From contig CAIJMI010000005.1 in NCBI GenBank assembly GCA_903821745.1, positions 263,802-327,801 on the forward strand: a stretch of DNA of 64,000 nucleotides. Reading direction: 5' to 3'. Positions within the stretch are counted from its first letter, which is position 1; every line of letters starts with the position of its first letter. Source of the stretch: Candidatus Gottesmanbacteria bacterium (lineage in GTDB: Bacteria > Patescibacteriota > Microgenomatia > UBA10105 > UBA927). The position numbers and the translations under genes are program-made. Under the pieces are notes generated by a model, which was not told where the DNA came from, ran no database searches, and saw only the letters and a list, made by a program, of their open reading frames with translations. Shown here one piece after another: positions 37,878 to 47,701 of the stretch.

Positions 37878-38078
37878 ATGGCAATGGGCGATGACTGGCC
37901 AGATCTATTAACCGTAAAGGAAGTTGCAAAAATTTTGCGTGTTTCCCCTCTTACGATTAAACGCTGGGGTAAACGAGGGAAACTTCCAGCTATTCGGATT
38001 AACTCACGAGGAGACAGACGCTACAAAAAAGAAGCGGTCATGTGGCTTTTGGGACTCCAACAAAAAGGACAAATCTAA
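37878..38078 (+). CDS. BldC/excisionase-like MerR-superfamily HTH protein (66 aa)
   Basis: LLTVKEVAKILRVSPLTIKRWGKRGKLPAIRINSRGDRRY; AGGAG RBS. Confidence 0.9.
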   Translation: MAMGDDWPDLLTVKEVAKILRVSPLTIKRWGKRGKLPAIRINSRGDRRYKKEAVMWLLGLQQKGQI

Positions 38079-38083
38079 ACGCA

Positions 38084-38935
38084 TTACACAGCAACTTTTT
38101 GGAGCTGTTTTGCAGCTTCTGTGGGATCAATAACATTAACGTTCAAACCGGTTCCCAGTTCAAATCCAGCACGGTGAATAGAACGTGGAATAATACGGAT
38201 AAACCAATTTTTCCCGTGATAGATATAGTAATTAAACACAAACGGCTCATTTACCTGTTTAAACAGAAGTTCCGGACTTTTGAGAACAACACTCAACTTC
38301 CGTAAAGTCCGACTGACCACATTTGCAAGCTCCGGTAGTTCCGTGTCCGTCACATCACTGAACTTTTTTCCGTCTGTTTTTGGAGCAATCCACGTTTCAA
38401 ACGGCCATTGGGAAAACTCAGGACAATAGGTCGTAAATAACGGATATTCTTCGACAATATTTTTAAATGGTTCGAGCGTTAACGCATCAAGATTGATTTG
38501 ATTGGGAACCACAACGAGTTGACTATGCGGATGTTTCAAACTAGCCCCAGCTGACAATCCATGATTGCAAAAAATGAGAACTTGCCCATCCATTTCATGT
38601 GCTCGGTACCGGTCGCGGTATACAGAAAAAATCTTTTGTACCTGAAACACTGGCAGCGTGTCCACGTCAGCTGTATCACTCGGAGAATGAATGACCACTT
38701 CATGAATATCGGTAATTGGGTATTTATTGGGTACCACCCGAACGTCCCATCCTGGGGTATTCGGTTCCCCCGCTCCCACTCGATATAGTTCTGGTGGTGT
38801 TTCTTTTTCGTTACCTGCACAAAATGGACAGACATGATATGCCGTTGGTTTTTGTGCAACAGTTGGACGGTCATTACGAACCGGAGATATAATTATCCAC
38901 CGTTGCGTTTTACTATCGGGAACATAACGTGCCAT
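38084..38935 (-). CDS. galT: Galactose-1-phosphate uridylyltransferase (HIT-fold) family
   Basis: CPFCAGNE, VRVVPNKYP, GASLKHPHSQ, AGFELGTG. Confidence 0.9.
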   Translation of the reverse strand: MARYVPDSKTQRWIIISPVRNDRPTVAQKPTAYHVCPFCAGNEKETPPELYRVGAGEPNTPGWDVRVVPNKYPITDIHEVVIHSPSDTADVDTLPVFQVQKIFSVYRDRYRAHEMDGQVLIFCNHGLSAGASLKHPHSQLVVVPNQINLDALTLEPFKNIVEEYPLFTTYCPEFSQWPFETWIAPKTDGKKFSDVTDTELPELANVVSRTLRKLSVVLKSPELLFKQVNEPFVFNYYIYHGKNWFIRIIPRSIHRAGFELGTGLNVNVIDPTEAAKQLQKVAV

Positions 38936-39034
38936 AACGTTAGTATCGAGCATCCAACAGGAAGTATCAAGTCTCACTTACTTCTATTGACAAGGGACAC
39001 ATTACGATACGGTACATGTATCGAGGTAGTATGT

Positions 39035-39334
39035 ATGAAACAATTTTTATCGGTATTCCTAGATGTTTCTCTTGCTCTTGTTCTCTGTATCGCTGCGTCT
39101 TTTTTCATTCCTTAGGGACAAATATCCTGGGGTACACTCTCCTGGCAACCAGCACGAACAATTACCGTTTCAGGGCAAGCAGTAAGTAAAGAAAAGAATC
39201 AGATAGCAACATTTAATGCAGGTGCAAATTCCGTCAAAGACAGCAAACAGGATGCGATCAACGAGGTAAACAGCAAAATACAATCAGTTATTGAAGCTGC
39301 GAAATCAGTCACCGTCATGTTTGAATTACACTAA
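39035..39334 (+). pseudogene. SIMPL (DUF541) protein remnant
   Basis: MKQFL...FFIP*GQISWG...RTITVSGQA...IATFNAG...IEAAKS then VTVMFELH*; TAG at 39113-39115 and the central part missing. Confidence 0.75.
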
Positions 39335-39343
39335 GACGATTAT

Positions 39344-40333
39344 TCAATAAAATCGTTTCAATAATATTGCCGCTTTTTCCTTTATCTTATCGGTTACGGC
39401 AACCCGCACCATACCAACGTTTGGTTGTCCGTAATACACAATCGATTTTATAGGTGCGTAAAGAATCACCGGCAACACTAATAAATCCTCTTCTCCATCA
39501 ATAACAAAAACAGATGGAGATTTCTTTTTTGACCATGAAATAATTGCATTTGTTGCATCGCGACTGATATATCCAGGACCGCTTTTGAATTCTTGTTTTG
39601 TCTTCGGCAGCTTGTTCCAATACTCTTTCTCCCACATATACGGAAGCCGTTCCACTTGCATATCGACAATTGCCAACGTGGGAACAAGTCCATTATCCAA
39701 AAGTCGCTTTGTTGTTTTGTCTCCAACGGCAATAACAATTGCATCATGATCACCTCGAATAATGGATTCTGTGTTGCCGTCTTTTAAGACAATTCCAAAC
39801 GGTTCTGCAAGTTCACTCCGCATGCTGTCCGGCATGATGAGTTTTCCTTCCGTATCAATTTCCTGTTTTCGGATGCGTGTTGATGAAATAGGCTGTGTGT
39901 TTTCAGCTTTCACCATCCAAACGGTATGGACCGCCAAAACAGGCAATCTCACTGCTTTTCGTTTTTTGTTAATCATCACCGCTCCCTCTTTTGTATCTGT
40001 TGAAACGACAATGACATCCATGGTATTTTTCCCAACGGTTGGCCCATACATGTCATCAATGGGAACAATATCGGCACGATTTAAAAAATGATGTTCCCGG
40101 AGCCATGTTTCTACTTGTTGTTTTCGAGTGGCAAATGATTGAATCCGAGAGGAAGAAACACAGGGGCATGCAACACCCGAAATGTTCTCATCACACTTGT
40201 ATTGCCGCACATACGCGTCCGTCGTCAATCCGATAGTTACGCGGGATGCAATTGCGAACGCCTCAGTAAGAAGGGCACCGTGTCCGCTATGGAGATGGTC
40301 GAAGGTCCCGCCAAGTACTGCGTGTTTGAACAT
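39344..40333 (-). CDS. Archaeal/eukaryotic-type phosphopantetheine adenylyltransferase fused to DUF359 dephospho-CoA kinase
   Basis: LGGTFDHLHSGH, YGP, ISSTRIR; then VGD, DGEEDLLVLP, YGQPNVG. Confidence 0.88.
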   Translation of the reverse strand: MFKHAVLGGTFDHLHSGHGALLTEAFAIASRVTIGLTTDAYVRQYKCDENISGVACPCVSSSRIQSFATRKQQVETWLREHHFLNRADIVPIDDMYGPTVGKNTMDVIVVSTDTKEGAVMINKKRKAVRLPVLAVHTVWMVKAENTQPISSTRIRKQEIDTEGKLIMPDSMRSELAEPFGIVLKDGNTESIIRGDHDAIVIAVGDKTTKRLLDNGLVPTLAIVDMQVERLPYMWEKEYWNKLPKTKQEFKSGPGYISRDATNAIISWSKKKSPSVFVIDGEEDLLVLPVILYAPIKSIVYYGQPNVGMVRVAVTDKIKEKAAILLKRFY

Positions 40334-40413
40334 ACGGAGCATTATATACCTTTCCATTATGTGCTTGAAATAGCGCGTATGAACGTCTTCTCGAACAAGT
40401 TCCTACTGAAGAA

Positions 40414-40803
40414 TTAGATTTTCCCAGCGTGATGCAGACCCCAATACAGTTTCTGTGCTTTCTCAGACAGATCAGTGAATTTTTTCCTGGAAACAGGCGC
40501 GTATTCCACTTTCACTGGACGCCCATCATACTCAGCTTCCCCAACGAGACTCACCATACCGTCCTGAACGATCCGAAGTCCACCGTCAAGCGTCTCTTCC
40601 GTCCTTGTTTGTGCATCTTCTAGCCTAAGCCGTTGTTCTTTGACGTATTCCATGACTTCGTCAAATGGTTTTGGGCCTCTTGATTTAGGTTCTTTTTTCT
40701 TTTTGGGACGGATTTCGTGATCTCCAGCATGCGGGTGCGTATGGAACTCCCCTTCTTTGGAGATAAATACTCCGCGTTGTCGTGCAAATTCAGGATTGTT
40801 CAT
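40414..40803 (-). CDS. Hypothetical protein
   Basis: 129-aa ORF, TATAAT upstream. Confidence 0.65.
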   Translation of the reverse strand: MNNPEFARQRGVFISKEGEFHTHPHAGDHEIRPKKKKEPKSRGPKPFDEVMEYVKEQRLRLEDAQTRTEETLDGGLRIVQDGMVSLVGEAEYDGRPVKVEYAPVSRKKFTDLSEKAQKLYWGLHHAGKI

Positions 40804-40841
40804 ATATCCTATATTATATATCTAGTAAGCAATTTTTCCTA

Positions 40842-42689
40842 TCATACTACCGGTTTTACAGCCGCAACAATGGCGTGAGTGTCAATCTGTTCATAAGACA
40901 GCAGTTCTTCCATCGTGCCTGACATCGGCGTTTTTCGAACTGCCAAATGCGTTATATTTTTCATTTCCATCCCTGCCAGAGCTGCAAAAACCGCATCGCC
41001 AAGGCCTCCTTCAGGGTAATGATCTTCAACAATAACAAAATGTGTTGCCGCTTTTGCAGCCTGTCGGATGGTCGTTTCGTCAATCGGTTTAATGCTGTAA
41101 CAATCAATCACTCGCGTTGATATATGTTTTGCTTCCAACAATTTTTGTGCTTTTAATGCTTCATGCACCGTCACCCCGGTTGCAATAATGACAACGAGAT
41201 TGCCGTGCCCCGTTTCTTTATGTATGACACTTCCACCAATCACAATTTTGGTTTTTTCGTCATACAAAATTGGTAATATTGGTCGCGTTGTACGGATATA
41301 GGCAATGCCCTGGTGTCGATTGATCAGTTCTGTCAGTTTCTCGGCAGCTACCGCATCTGCGGGGCTCACAACAAGAGAACCAGGGATAGTTCGAAAGAAC
41401 GCAATGTCCTCAAGTCCCATCTGTGACGGACCATCAGCCCCTGTTGCAACTCCGCCGTGCGATCCGTTCACCATCATGGGTATTCCTGACAACGCGACCA
41501 TTCGGAATTGGTCAGCAGCACGCATCAAAAATGCTCCATACGATGACACAACCGGATACAAACCCTGAATTACACACCCAGCTGCAATTCCAGTCATCAG
41601 TTGTTCTGCAATATGACATGCAAAAAATTGATGCGGGAGCGCTTCATGAAATAAATGGGTATATGTCGATGTTTCGAGGTCTCCATCCAATACCATCATC
41701 TGCTTATCCTGTGCTCCCAAACGAACGAGTGCTTTTCCAAATCCCTCCCGGGTGGTTGTCGGCGCTTCATACAACGACGTCTGTCCTTGAGAAAATGGGT
41801 GCTTTTTTAAAACGGGAGATGTACCACTTGGTTTTTTTATCATTCCTTCAAAAGACGTATCAACGTCTCCCAGTTCTTTCAGTGCTACCTCCAACTGTTG
41901 TTTGTTCAGCACTTTTCCGTGCCATCCCTGTTTATTTTCCAACAAGGAAACACCTTTTCCCTTACTCGTTTTTGCAATAATGACCGTTGGTCCACCACGA
42001 TAATCAAGCGCTTTCTGATACGCTGTATCAAGCATCTTCAAATCATGTCCGTCAACAACAAGTGCCGCCCATCCAAACGATTCAAAACGTTTTCTGTACG
42101 TTTCCGTATCCCACTGTTCCATCGTTGGTCCTGATTGTTCCAATGCATTCAAATCCACCAGTGCGATGAGATTGTTTGTCCGATGGTATCCTGCGGCCAT
42201 CACTGCCTCCCACACGGATCCTTCAGACAATTCTCCATCTCCCAATAACACGAAGACATGGGGAATCTGCGGTGTTGCTTCATAGCGAAACCGATACTGC
42301 ATCGCTAGTGCTTCGCCTAGTCCTATGGCAAGCCCCTGTCCAAGCGATCCCGTCGCAATATCCACCATGGAAAACCGCGGGGTCGGATGTCCTTCTAAAA
42401 TGCTGTCAAACTTCCGGTACGTGGCAAGTTCTTTATCAGAAATAATTCCCGCAACATGAAACAGTGCGTACAAAAGTGGCGAAGCGTGACCTTTGGAAAA
42501 AATAACGCGGTCATTGGTACATTGTTTTGGATTGGTCACATCAAACTGCAGATACTTAAAATACAGCGTCGCCATAAGCTCAACTGCAGAAAGCGATGAT
42601 GTGGGATGCCCGCTGCCAGCTATTGTTGTCATCGACAAAATGTCATATCGACAACGGGTACATAACTTTTTTATGGCAGGAAGAAGCAT
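40842..42689 (-). CDS. tkt: Transketolase
   Basis: SGHPTSSLS, SKGHASP, LEGHPTP, TGSLGQG, GDGE..EGS, IAEQ, DGPSQMGLED. Confidence 0.96.
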   Translation of the reverse strand: MLLPAIKKLCTRCRYDILSMTTIAGSGHPTSSLSAVELMATLYFKYLQFDVTNPKQCTNDRVIFSKGHASPLLYALFHVAGIISDKELATYRKFDSILEGHPTPRFSMVDIATGSLGQGLAIGLGEALAMQYRFRYEATPQIPHVFVLLGDGELSEGSVWEAVMAAGYHRTNNLIALVDLNALEQSGPTMEQWDTETYRKRFESFGWAALVVDGHDLKMLDTAYQKALDYRGGPTVIIAKTSKGKGVSLLENKQGWHGKVLNKQQLEVALKELGDVDTSFEGMIKKPSGTSPVLKKHPFSQGQTSLYEAPTTTREGFGKALVRLGAQDKQMMVLDGDLETSTYTHLFHEALPHQFFACHIAEQLMTGIAAGCVIQGLYPVVSSYGAFLMRAADQFRMVALSGIPMMVNGSHGGVATGADGPSQMGLEDIAFFRTIPGSLVVSPADAVAAEKLTELINRHQGIAYIRTTRPILPILYDEKTKIVIGGSVIHKETGHGNLVVIIATGVTVHEALKAQKLLEAKHISTRVIDCYSIKPIDETTIRQAAKAATHFVIVEDHYPEGGLGDAVFAALAGMEMKNITHLAVRKTPMSGTMEELLSYEQIDTHAIVAAVKPVV

Positions 42690-42730
42690 ATAAGGTTAGT
42701 ATAGCAAACAACGCGTTTTGCTGATATCGT

Positions 42731-43375
42731 TTATGCGTTTTGAAGGGCCTCAATTGCAGACTCGATTGTGTGTTCAGAATTAAACAGATAGCTGGTTGAA
42801 ACAATCCGTGAAACTCCCGCTTCTTTCACAATTTTTGCCGTTTCCGGTGTCATTCCACCATCTACTTCAATTGGCAAGTCCGGCAAATTGCGGTGAATTG
42901 TTTTAATGGTTTCCAGTGCGTTTTGTTCAAACTCCTGGCCGCTTGCCCCTGCTTCCACCGTCATCACTAATACAAAATCGACTTCCTCAAGAAACGGTTC
43001 GATCATTTCAAAATCAGAATCCACATCAATGGCCATGCCAACTTCCATTTCGTGCGTTCTTGCCTCAGCCAAAAATTCTCTCGGTTCATGGCATTCGACA
43101 TGCGCAATCACCCGGGAAAATCCTGCATCAGCAAGGGGTTTTAAATATGGCATAGGTTTCCCAACCATGAGATGTGCTTCAAACTTCGTTCCTGTCTTTC
43201 TAAACTTTTCAACAATGGGCGCAAGGAGTGCAACATCATGAACGGTGTCACTGGGGATAATGGTATTATCTGCAATATCAATCTGAATAACATCAACATG
43301 CGGTGCAACCAATGTCACTTTCCGTTCCAGTTCTTTAATATCGCCTTCGTTAATGCCGGGGATTATTTCCATCAT
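42731..43375 (-). CDS. rpe: Ribulose-phosphate 3-epimerase
   Basis: QIDIAD, EAHLMV, LVMTV..G..GQ.F, IEVDGG. Confidence 0.93.
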   Translation of the reverse strand: MMEIIPGINEGDIKELERKVTLVAPHVDVIQIDIADNTIIPSDTVHDVALLAPIVEKFRKTGTKFEAHLMVGKPMPYLKPLADAGFSRVIAHVECHEPREFLAEARTHEMEVGMAIDVDSDFEMIEPFLEEVDFVLVMTVEAGASGQEFEQNALETIKTIHRNLPDLPIEVDGGMTPETAKIVKEAGVSRIVSTSYLFNSEHTIESAIEALQNA

Positions 43376-43421
43376 AGATATAAGTATCAGGGATAGGAGA
43401 GGCGCTTTCAAGAAGGAAAAA

Positions 43422-43871
43422 TTACTTTACCTGTTCTTGCGTCGTAATTTTTCCAATCCTTCGGACAAACCGCTCTTGAGGATCAAACGGCGTTACTAAA
43501 AATTTTTCAGCAATGGCCTTTGCCTGTTCTTCCGTTAAATAATCAGAAGCAAGGGCGATGACATTAATATCATCATCACTTCTTGCATCGGCAACTTGTT
43601 CCGGCGTCACCGCAAGCGATGCCCGGATGCCATCAATTTTGTTCACAGCAATAGATATTCCTGCTCCAGATCCACAGATCACAATACCGCGGTTTTCCGG
43701 CTGCTCCACCACTTTTTTGGCAACGGCAAAGGCAAAATCCGGATAATCATCATGGGGATCAAGAACCGTGTTCCCACAGTCAACAACGGTGTGCCCGTGT
43801 TCTGTCGCCCATTGCTTGAGCGTTTCCTTCAGGAAAAATCCTTTATGGTCAGCTCCGAAGAATATAGTCAT
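43422..43871 (-). CDS. rpiB: Ribose-5-phosphate isomerase B
   Basis: GADHKG, DDYPDF, ICGSGAG...NK..GIRA. Confidence 0.94.
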   Translation of the reverse strand: MTIFFGADHKGFFLKETLKQWATEHGHTVVDCGNTVLDPHDDYPDFAFAVAKKVVEQPENRGIVICGSGAGISIAVNKIDGIRASLAVTPEQVADARSDDDINVIALASDYLTEEQAKAIAEKFLVTPFDPQERFVRRIGKITTQEQVK

Positions 43872-43892
43872 ATGCTTTCAGTATACCTTGTA

Positions 43893-44237
43893 TTACCGAA
43901 TATTTTGAAGTGCAACGCCCAAGGTGTCATATTTCCCGTCGAGTGTCCGAAAGAGTTCATCATCAACCAATCCTCGTCCCCAGGCAACTGCCAAATGGGT
44001 TCTGACAATAGCAACGAGGCCAATTGCGTCCAGCAAAATCTGTCGTCCAAATCGACGGTCCAATCGTGACAAACCGTCAGCGATTTTTGCAGTAACATCG
44101 GTTGCACTGTCCAAAACCTGTTCGACAATTTCTTCATTGTCTCCGGATTTTTGGCCGTCGAATGCTTCATGGATATCCATGAGTGCAACATACGCGTCCT
44201 GCCACAATTTATGTTCATGAAAAGGTGTGTTGTTCAT
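43893..44237 (-). CDS. Four-helix-bundle protein (23S rRNA-IVP/bAvd-like)
   Basis: F....LWQ.A, Q...SA..V.A.IADG..R. Confidence 0.75.
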   Translation of the reverse strand: MNNTPFHEHKLWQDAYVALMDIHEAFDGQKSGDNEEIVEQVLDSATDVTAKIADGLSRLDRRFGRQILLDAIGLVAIVRTHLAVAWGRGLVDDELFRTLDGKYDTLGVALQNIR

Positions 44238-44283
44238 ATGCGTAGTCTGTATTCTATCCTACTTGCCGTCAAAAAACCATTCC

Positions 44284-45831
44284 CTACTGCTGCCCGGACT
44301 CCGTCATGGTATCCTGAACAAACTGAATGCCCCATTGATAAATGTTGTTTTTTGCAAGCACGGTTTTGAGATCATTATTCCGCTTTTCTTTCTCTTTGGA
44401 ATCCAGAGTCAGTGCGTGATAAAGTGCAATTGCTGATCCTTCAATATCGTAAGGGTTAATGAGCATTGCCGATTTCATATCCTTGGCTGCTCCCGTAAAT
44501 TTGGAAAGAAGGAGCATCCCCTTATCGGATTTGTTGCAAATTGCATATTCTTTTGCAACCAAATTCATACCGTCGTCAAGGGAGGTCACCATACAGACAT
44601 CTGCTAAATGATAGTACAAAAAGATCTTTTCCCGAGGAACAATTTTATTCACATATTGAATCGGCAACCACGTGCCTTTCCCGTATTTCCAGTTGATGCG
44701 TTCTACAAGATCATCAATCTCGTGGTTAATCGCCTTATAGGCAGGAATATGCACCCGCGAGGGTGCTCCAATCATAAGATACGTAAATTTGCCAATAAAC
44801 TCCGGGTACTTATCAAAAAACCGTTCAATAATTTTCAAGCGTTCCGGAATACCTTTGGTGTAATCAACCCGATCAACACCAATACCCAACAGGTCATATG
44901 TAAAATTGAAATCTTCCTCAATTAATTTTTTCGTCGGTTGTTTGTTCCCCATTTCTTCCATAATCTCGGTATAGTCAATGCCAGCCGGAACGTTGGCAAC
45001 TTTTGTCACATGGTCTTTATAGGTAATGGACCGAGGTTCTGAATCAACCATGACTTCCAAGTCTCGCCTTGTACATTCCACAAAATTATCAACATGATAC
45101 CCGCGATGAAAACCGATAAAGTCAGCGCCCAAAAGTCCTGCAACAATATCTTTCCGCCACGGACAAATACGATAAATTTCATATGTCGGCCATGGGATAT
45201 GCCAAAACACCCCAATCTTTAGCTTCGGCTTCATTCGCCTGAGCATCGTGGGTAGCAGTGCAAGATGATAATCATTGACCCACACAAATCCTTCATCTCC
45301 GTCAAGCTCTTCAACAATTGCATCGGCAAATTTCTGGTTAACCGCAACATAATCCTGCCACCAGGAGTTATGAAACATGGGTTTTACAAATACCGCATGG
45401 CATAGGGGCCATAAGGTCTGATTGGCAAACCCGTAATAGAATCCTTCCAGTTCCTTTTTCTTAATAAACACCCGTTTTAATGTGTATTTGGGATGTTCTG
45501 GCGGGACCTTTATGCGGTTTTTGCTGTCAACAACTTCCTGGTCTGCATCGCCTGAACCAAGGGCTACCATGACACCACCGGTTGCCTGCAAAATGCCGTC
45601 CAAGAGACTATGTGCACCTCCAGCTGCTTTTTCAACAACAATCCCCTGTGCAGTCTTCATATGGAGATACGCTTCCCGTTGAATCGCAACGATGAATTTT
45701 CTTCCTTCGAGAGATTCTTTGACAAATGAAGTTAAATCTTTTGGCGTTTTTAAGGCAGCCATAGTCGATTTGGAAACGGAATAATATCCATATTGTATCA
45801 CACGCTTGCTGGAAGTCTTCTTAATCGTCAT
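44284..45831 (-). CDS. otsA: Trehalose-6-phosphate synthase (GT20)
   Basis: YYGFANQTLWPLCH, VWVNDYHL, FWHIPWP, GVDRVDYTKG, DGMNLVAKEY. Confidence 0.94.
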   Translation of the reverse strand: MTIKKTSSKRVIQYGYYSVSKSTMAALKTPKDLTSFVKESLEGRKFIVAIQREAYLHMKTAQGIVVEKAAGGAHSLLDGILQATGGVMVALGSGDADQEVVDSKNRIKVPPEHPKYTLKRVFIKKKELEGFYYGFANQTLWPLCHAVFVKPMFHNSWWQDYVAVNQKFADAIVEELDGDEGFVWVNDYHLALLPTMLRRMKPKLKIGVFWHIPWPTYEIYRICPWRKDIVAGLLGADFIGFHRGYHVDNFVECTRRDLEVMVDSEPRSITYKDHVTKVANVPAGIDYTEIMEEMGNKQPTKKLIEEDFNFTYDLLGIGVDRVDYTKGIPERLKIIERFFDKYPEFIGKFTYLMIGAPSRVHIPAYKAINHEIDDLVERINWKYGKGTWLPIQYVNKIVPREKIFLYYHLADVCMVTSLDDGMNLVAKEYAICNKSDKGMLLLSKFTGAAKDMKSAMLINPYDIEGSAIALYHALTLDSKEKEKRNNDLKTVLAKNNIYQWGIQFVQDTMTESGQQ

Positions 45832-45848
45832 AGGACAGGTTGATCAAA

Positions 45849-46958
45849 TTATCGAAACTTTTCTTCATATGCTTGTTCTAACCGTTTCACCAGTTCTTCT
45901 TCTCCATTAGACCATTGTAATTCCTGACACTGTTTCATGGTAGCAATAGCAACCTCATCAAATAAATAGGTGTGAATTGATGCCGCTATTTTTGATGTTG
46001 CTGTTGTTTTGGTATGTAAAATACATGCCCCGACATGGGCAAACGGCTTCACTTCCCCAATATGCAGTTCCGGATATTCATCATCCGGGTAAGTGGTCAC
46101 ATTGGCAATTACTGGAACGCGAGCTGACAGCGCCTGCTCCAAAGTGGCAAGTCCCTGATGTTGAAAAACCAAATCACTGGATGCAAGTGCTGCATAAAAT
46201 GCATCCATATTGGTTTTAGGAGGAAGAATGATGTCCGGTCGTTTCAAACTGTCCATATCAATTTTTGTGACATCACCAAAAAGAATGACACGAAGCTTCG
46301 GCTCCTGCAATTCATCAACAGCATGAAGCAAATTATCAAACACCCATGACCTGCTCCCAGCACCAAATCCTGATACGTAACAAAAAATCAATTTCTCATC
46401 ATGAAATAATCCAAATGATTCCCGTATCTTTTTCTTCCCCTCTTTTGAAATCGGTTGATATGCTGGGATACACCCAACGGGTTCCAACCGATCTGCGATA
46501 CCTTTTGGTATATCAAACGTTCCACCGCGTTCAAGAAGTCCTGCTTTAAATACGGAAGGAGGCAAATTAATATAATACCGATCCATCCAGCGGTTATATG
46601 GATACATCGCGGACGTTGGCAAAAATAACCAGTTGGAATCAACGCTCACCACTAATTTATCAGGAAACAAGGAAGATGGTGCATTCCAAAATGCGGGATC
46701 ATCCCGAAATGCTTTTGAGTTACAAAGAATAATCACTTCCGGTTTGTATTCCCCAACATATTGTTTGAAAAGGTCCACCGTTGCACCCATCCGTACGGGA
46801 AATGGTGGTGTACTATCCGCAAAAAACCCTCGGGTAACATCTTTTTTTAAAATCAGGGTAACGGTTTTTCCTAATCCATGAAGATAATTGGCAATAGCGT
46901 AGGCCTGACTCGTCTCGCCAGATGCCATGGCAAACAATAAAAATCGTTGGGCAGTCAT
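45849..46958 (-). CDS. GT-B fold glycosyltransferase
   Basis: ASGE, SGFG, LASSDLVFQHQGLATLEQAL..RVPVI. Confidence 0.7.
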   Translation of the reverse strand: MTAQRFLLFAMASGETSQAYAIANYLHGLGKTVTLILKKDVTRGFFADSTPPFPVRMGATVDLFKQYVGEYKPEVIILCNSKAFRDDPAFWNAPSSLFPDKLVVSVDSNWLFLPTSAMYPYNRWMDRYYINLPPSVFKAGLLERGGTFDIPKGIADRLEPVGCIPAYQPISKEGKKKIRESFGLFHDEKLIFCYVSGFGAGSRSWVFDNLLHAVDELQEPKLRVILFGDVTKIDMDSLKRPDIILPPKTNMDAFYAALASSDLVFQHQGLATLEQALSARVPVIANVTTYPDDEYPELHIGEVKPFAHVGACILHTKTTATSKIAASIHTYLFDEVAIATMKQCQELQWSNGEEELVKRLEQAYEEKFR

Positions 46959-46967
46959 ATACTACGT

Positions 46968-47696
46968 TTATTTTCGAAACAACCGTTCTATACAGACACT
47001 AACCACAAATGCGATAAGTCGGGTTTGTCGTTTCAACCGCCACGGCTCGCGAATCAACCGGTAGAGCCATTCCAGTCCCATATCCTGAATCCACCCTGGC
47101 GCCCGGGGAACATTGCCTGAAATAATATCAAATGATCCCCCAACAGACATCAATACCACATGGTGGCATTTCTTTCGAAGCGACTCAATATATTGTTCCT
47201 GTTTTGGTGCACCGAGACCGACAAATACTATTTTTGTATTGCTGTTTTCAATATGTGTCGCCATCTTTTCAATGCTCATGTCTTCCGGTTCCATCGCCCA
47301 CCCGGATAGCTCTTCATAGGAAGAACGCAAGACCGCAAGAGCTTTTTTTGCAACGCCATTTCGTCCGCCAATACACCCAATCGTCATGTGGTGTTTGTGG
47401 GCAAGATGCACAAAATCCGAGACAAAATCAACACCTGAGATACGATGCACCGTTACCCCATTGACAAACCGCATTGCCCACACAAGCCCTGCTCCGTCAG
47501 GAATGGCAATATTCGCATGATTGAGAATGGTCAAAAACGTACTTTGCTGTCTTGAAAGCATGATCTGTTCCGGATTTGGCGTGACAATAATAAACGGCGT
47601 CTTTGATGATTTTTCCAGGAGATACTGCTCAATAGTGTGAAGAATATCTTCTTTGCTATCAATCGTGATACTGACTCCCAACAACGGTTTTTTCAT
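46968..47696 (-). CDS. WecB/TagA/CpsF glycosyltransferase
   Basis: VTPNPE, PDGAG, RISGVD, VGLGAPKQE, GGSFD, GLEWLYRL..EPWR. Confidence 0.93.
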   Translation of the reverse strand: MKKPLLGVSITIDSKEDILHTIEQYLLEKSSKTPFIIVTPNPEQIMLSRQQSTFLTILNHANIAIPDGAGLVWAMRFVNGVTVHRISGVDFVSDFVHLAHKHHMTIGCIGGRNGVAKKALAVLRSSYEELSGWAMEPEDMSIEKMATHIENSNTKIVFVGLGAPKQEQYIESLRKKCHHVVLMSVGGSFDIISGNVPRAPGWIQDMGLEWLYRLIREPWRLKRQTRLIAFVVSVCIERLFRK

Positions 47697-47701
47697 ACGC
47701 G

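Noticed and set aside
37878-38078. Prophage excisionase
   Set aside because: No integrase or att site; flanked by chromosomal genes
43893-44237. Avd of a diversity-generating retroelement
   Set aside because: No reverse transcriptase or TR/VR repeat pair in the window
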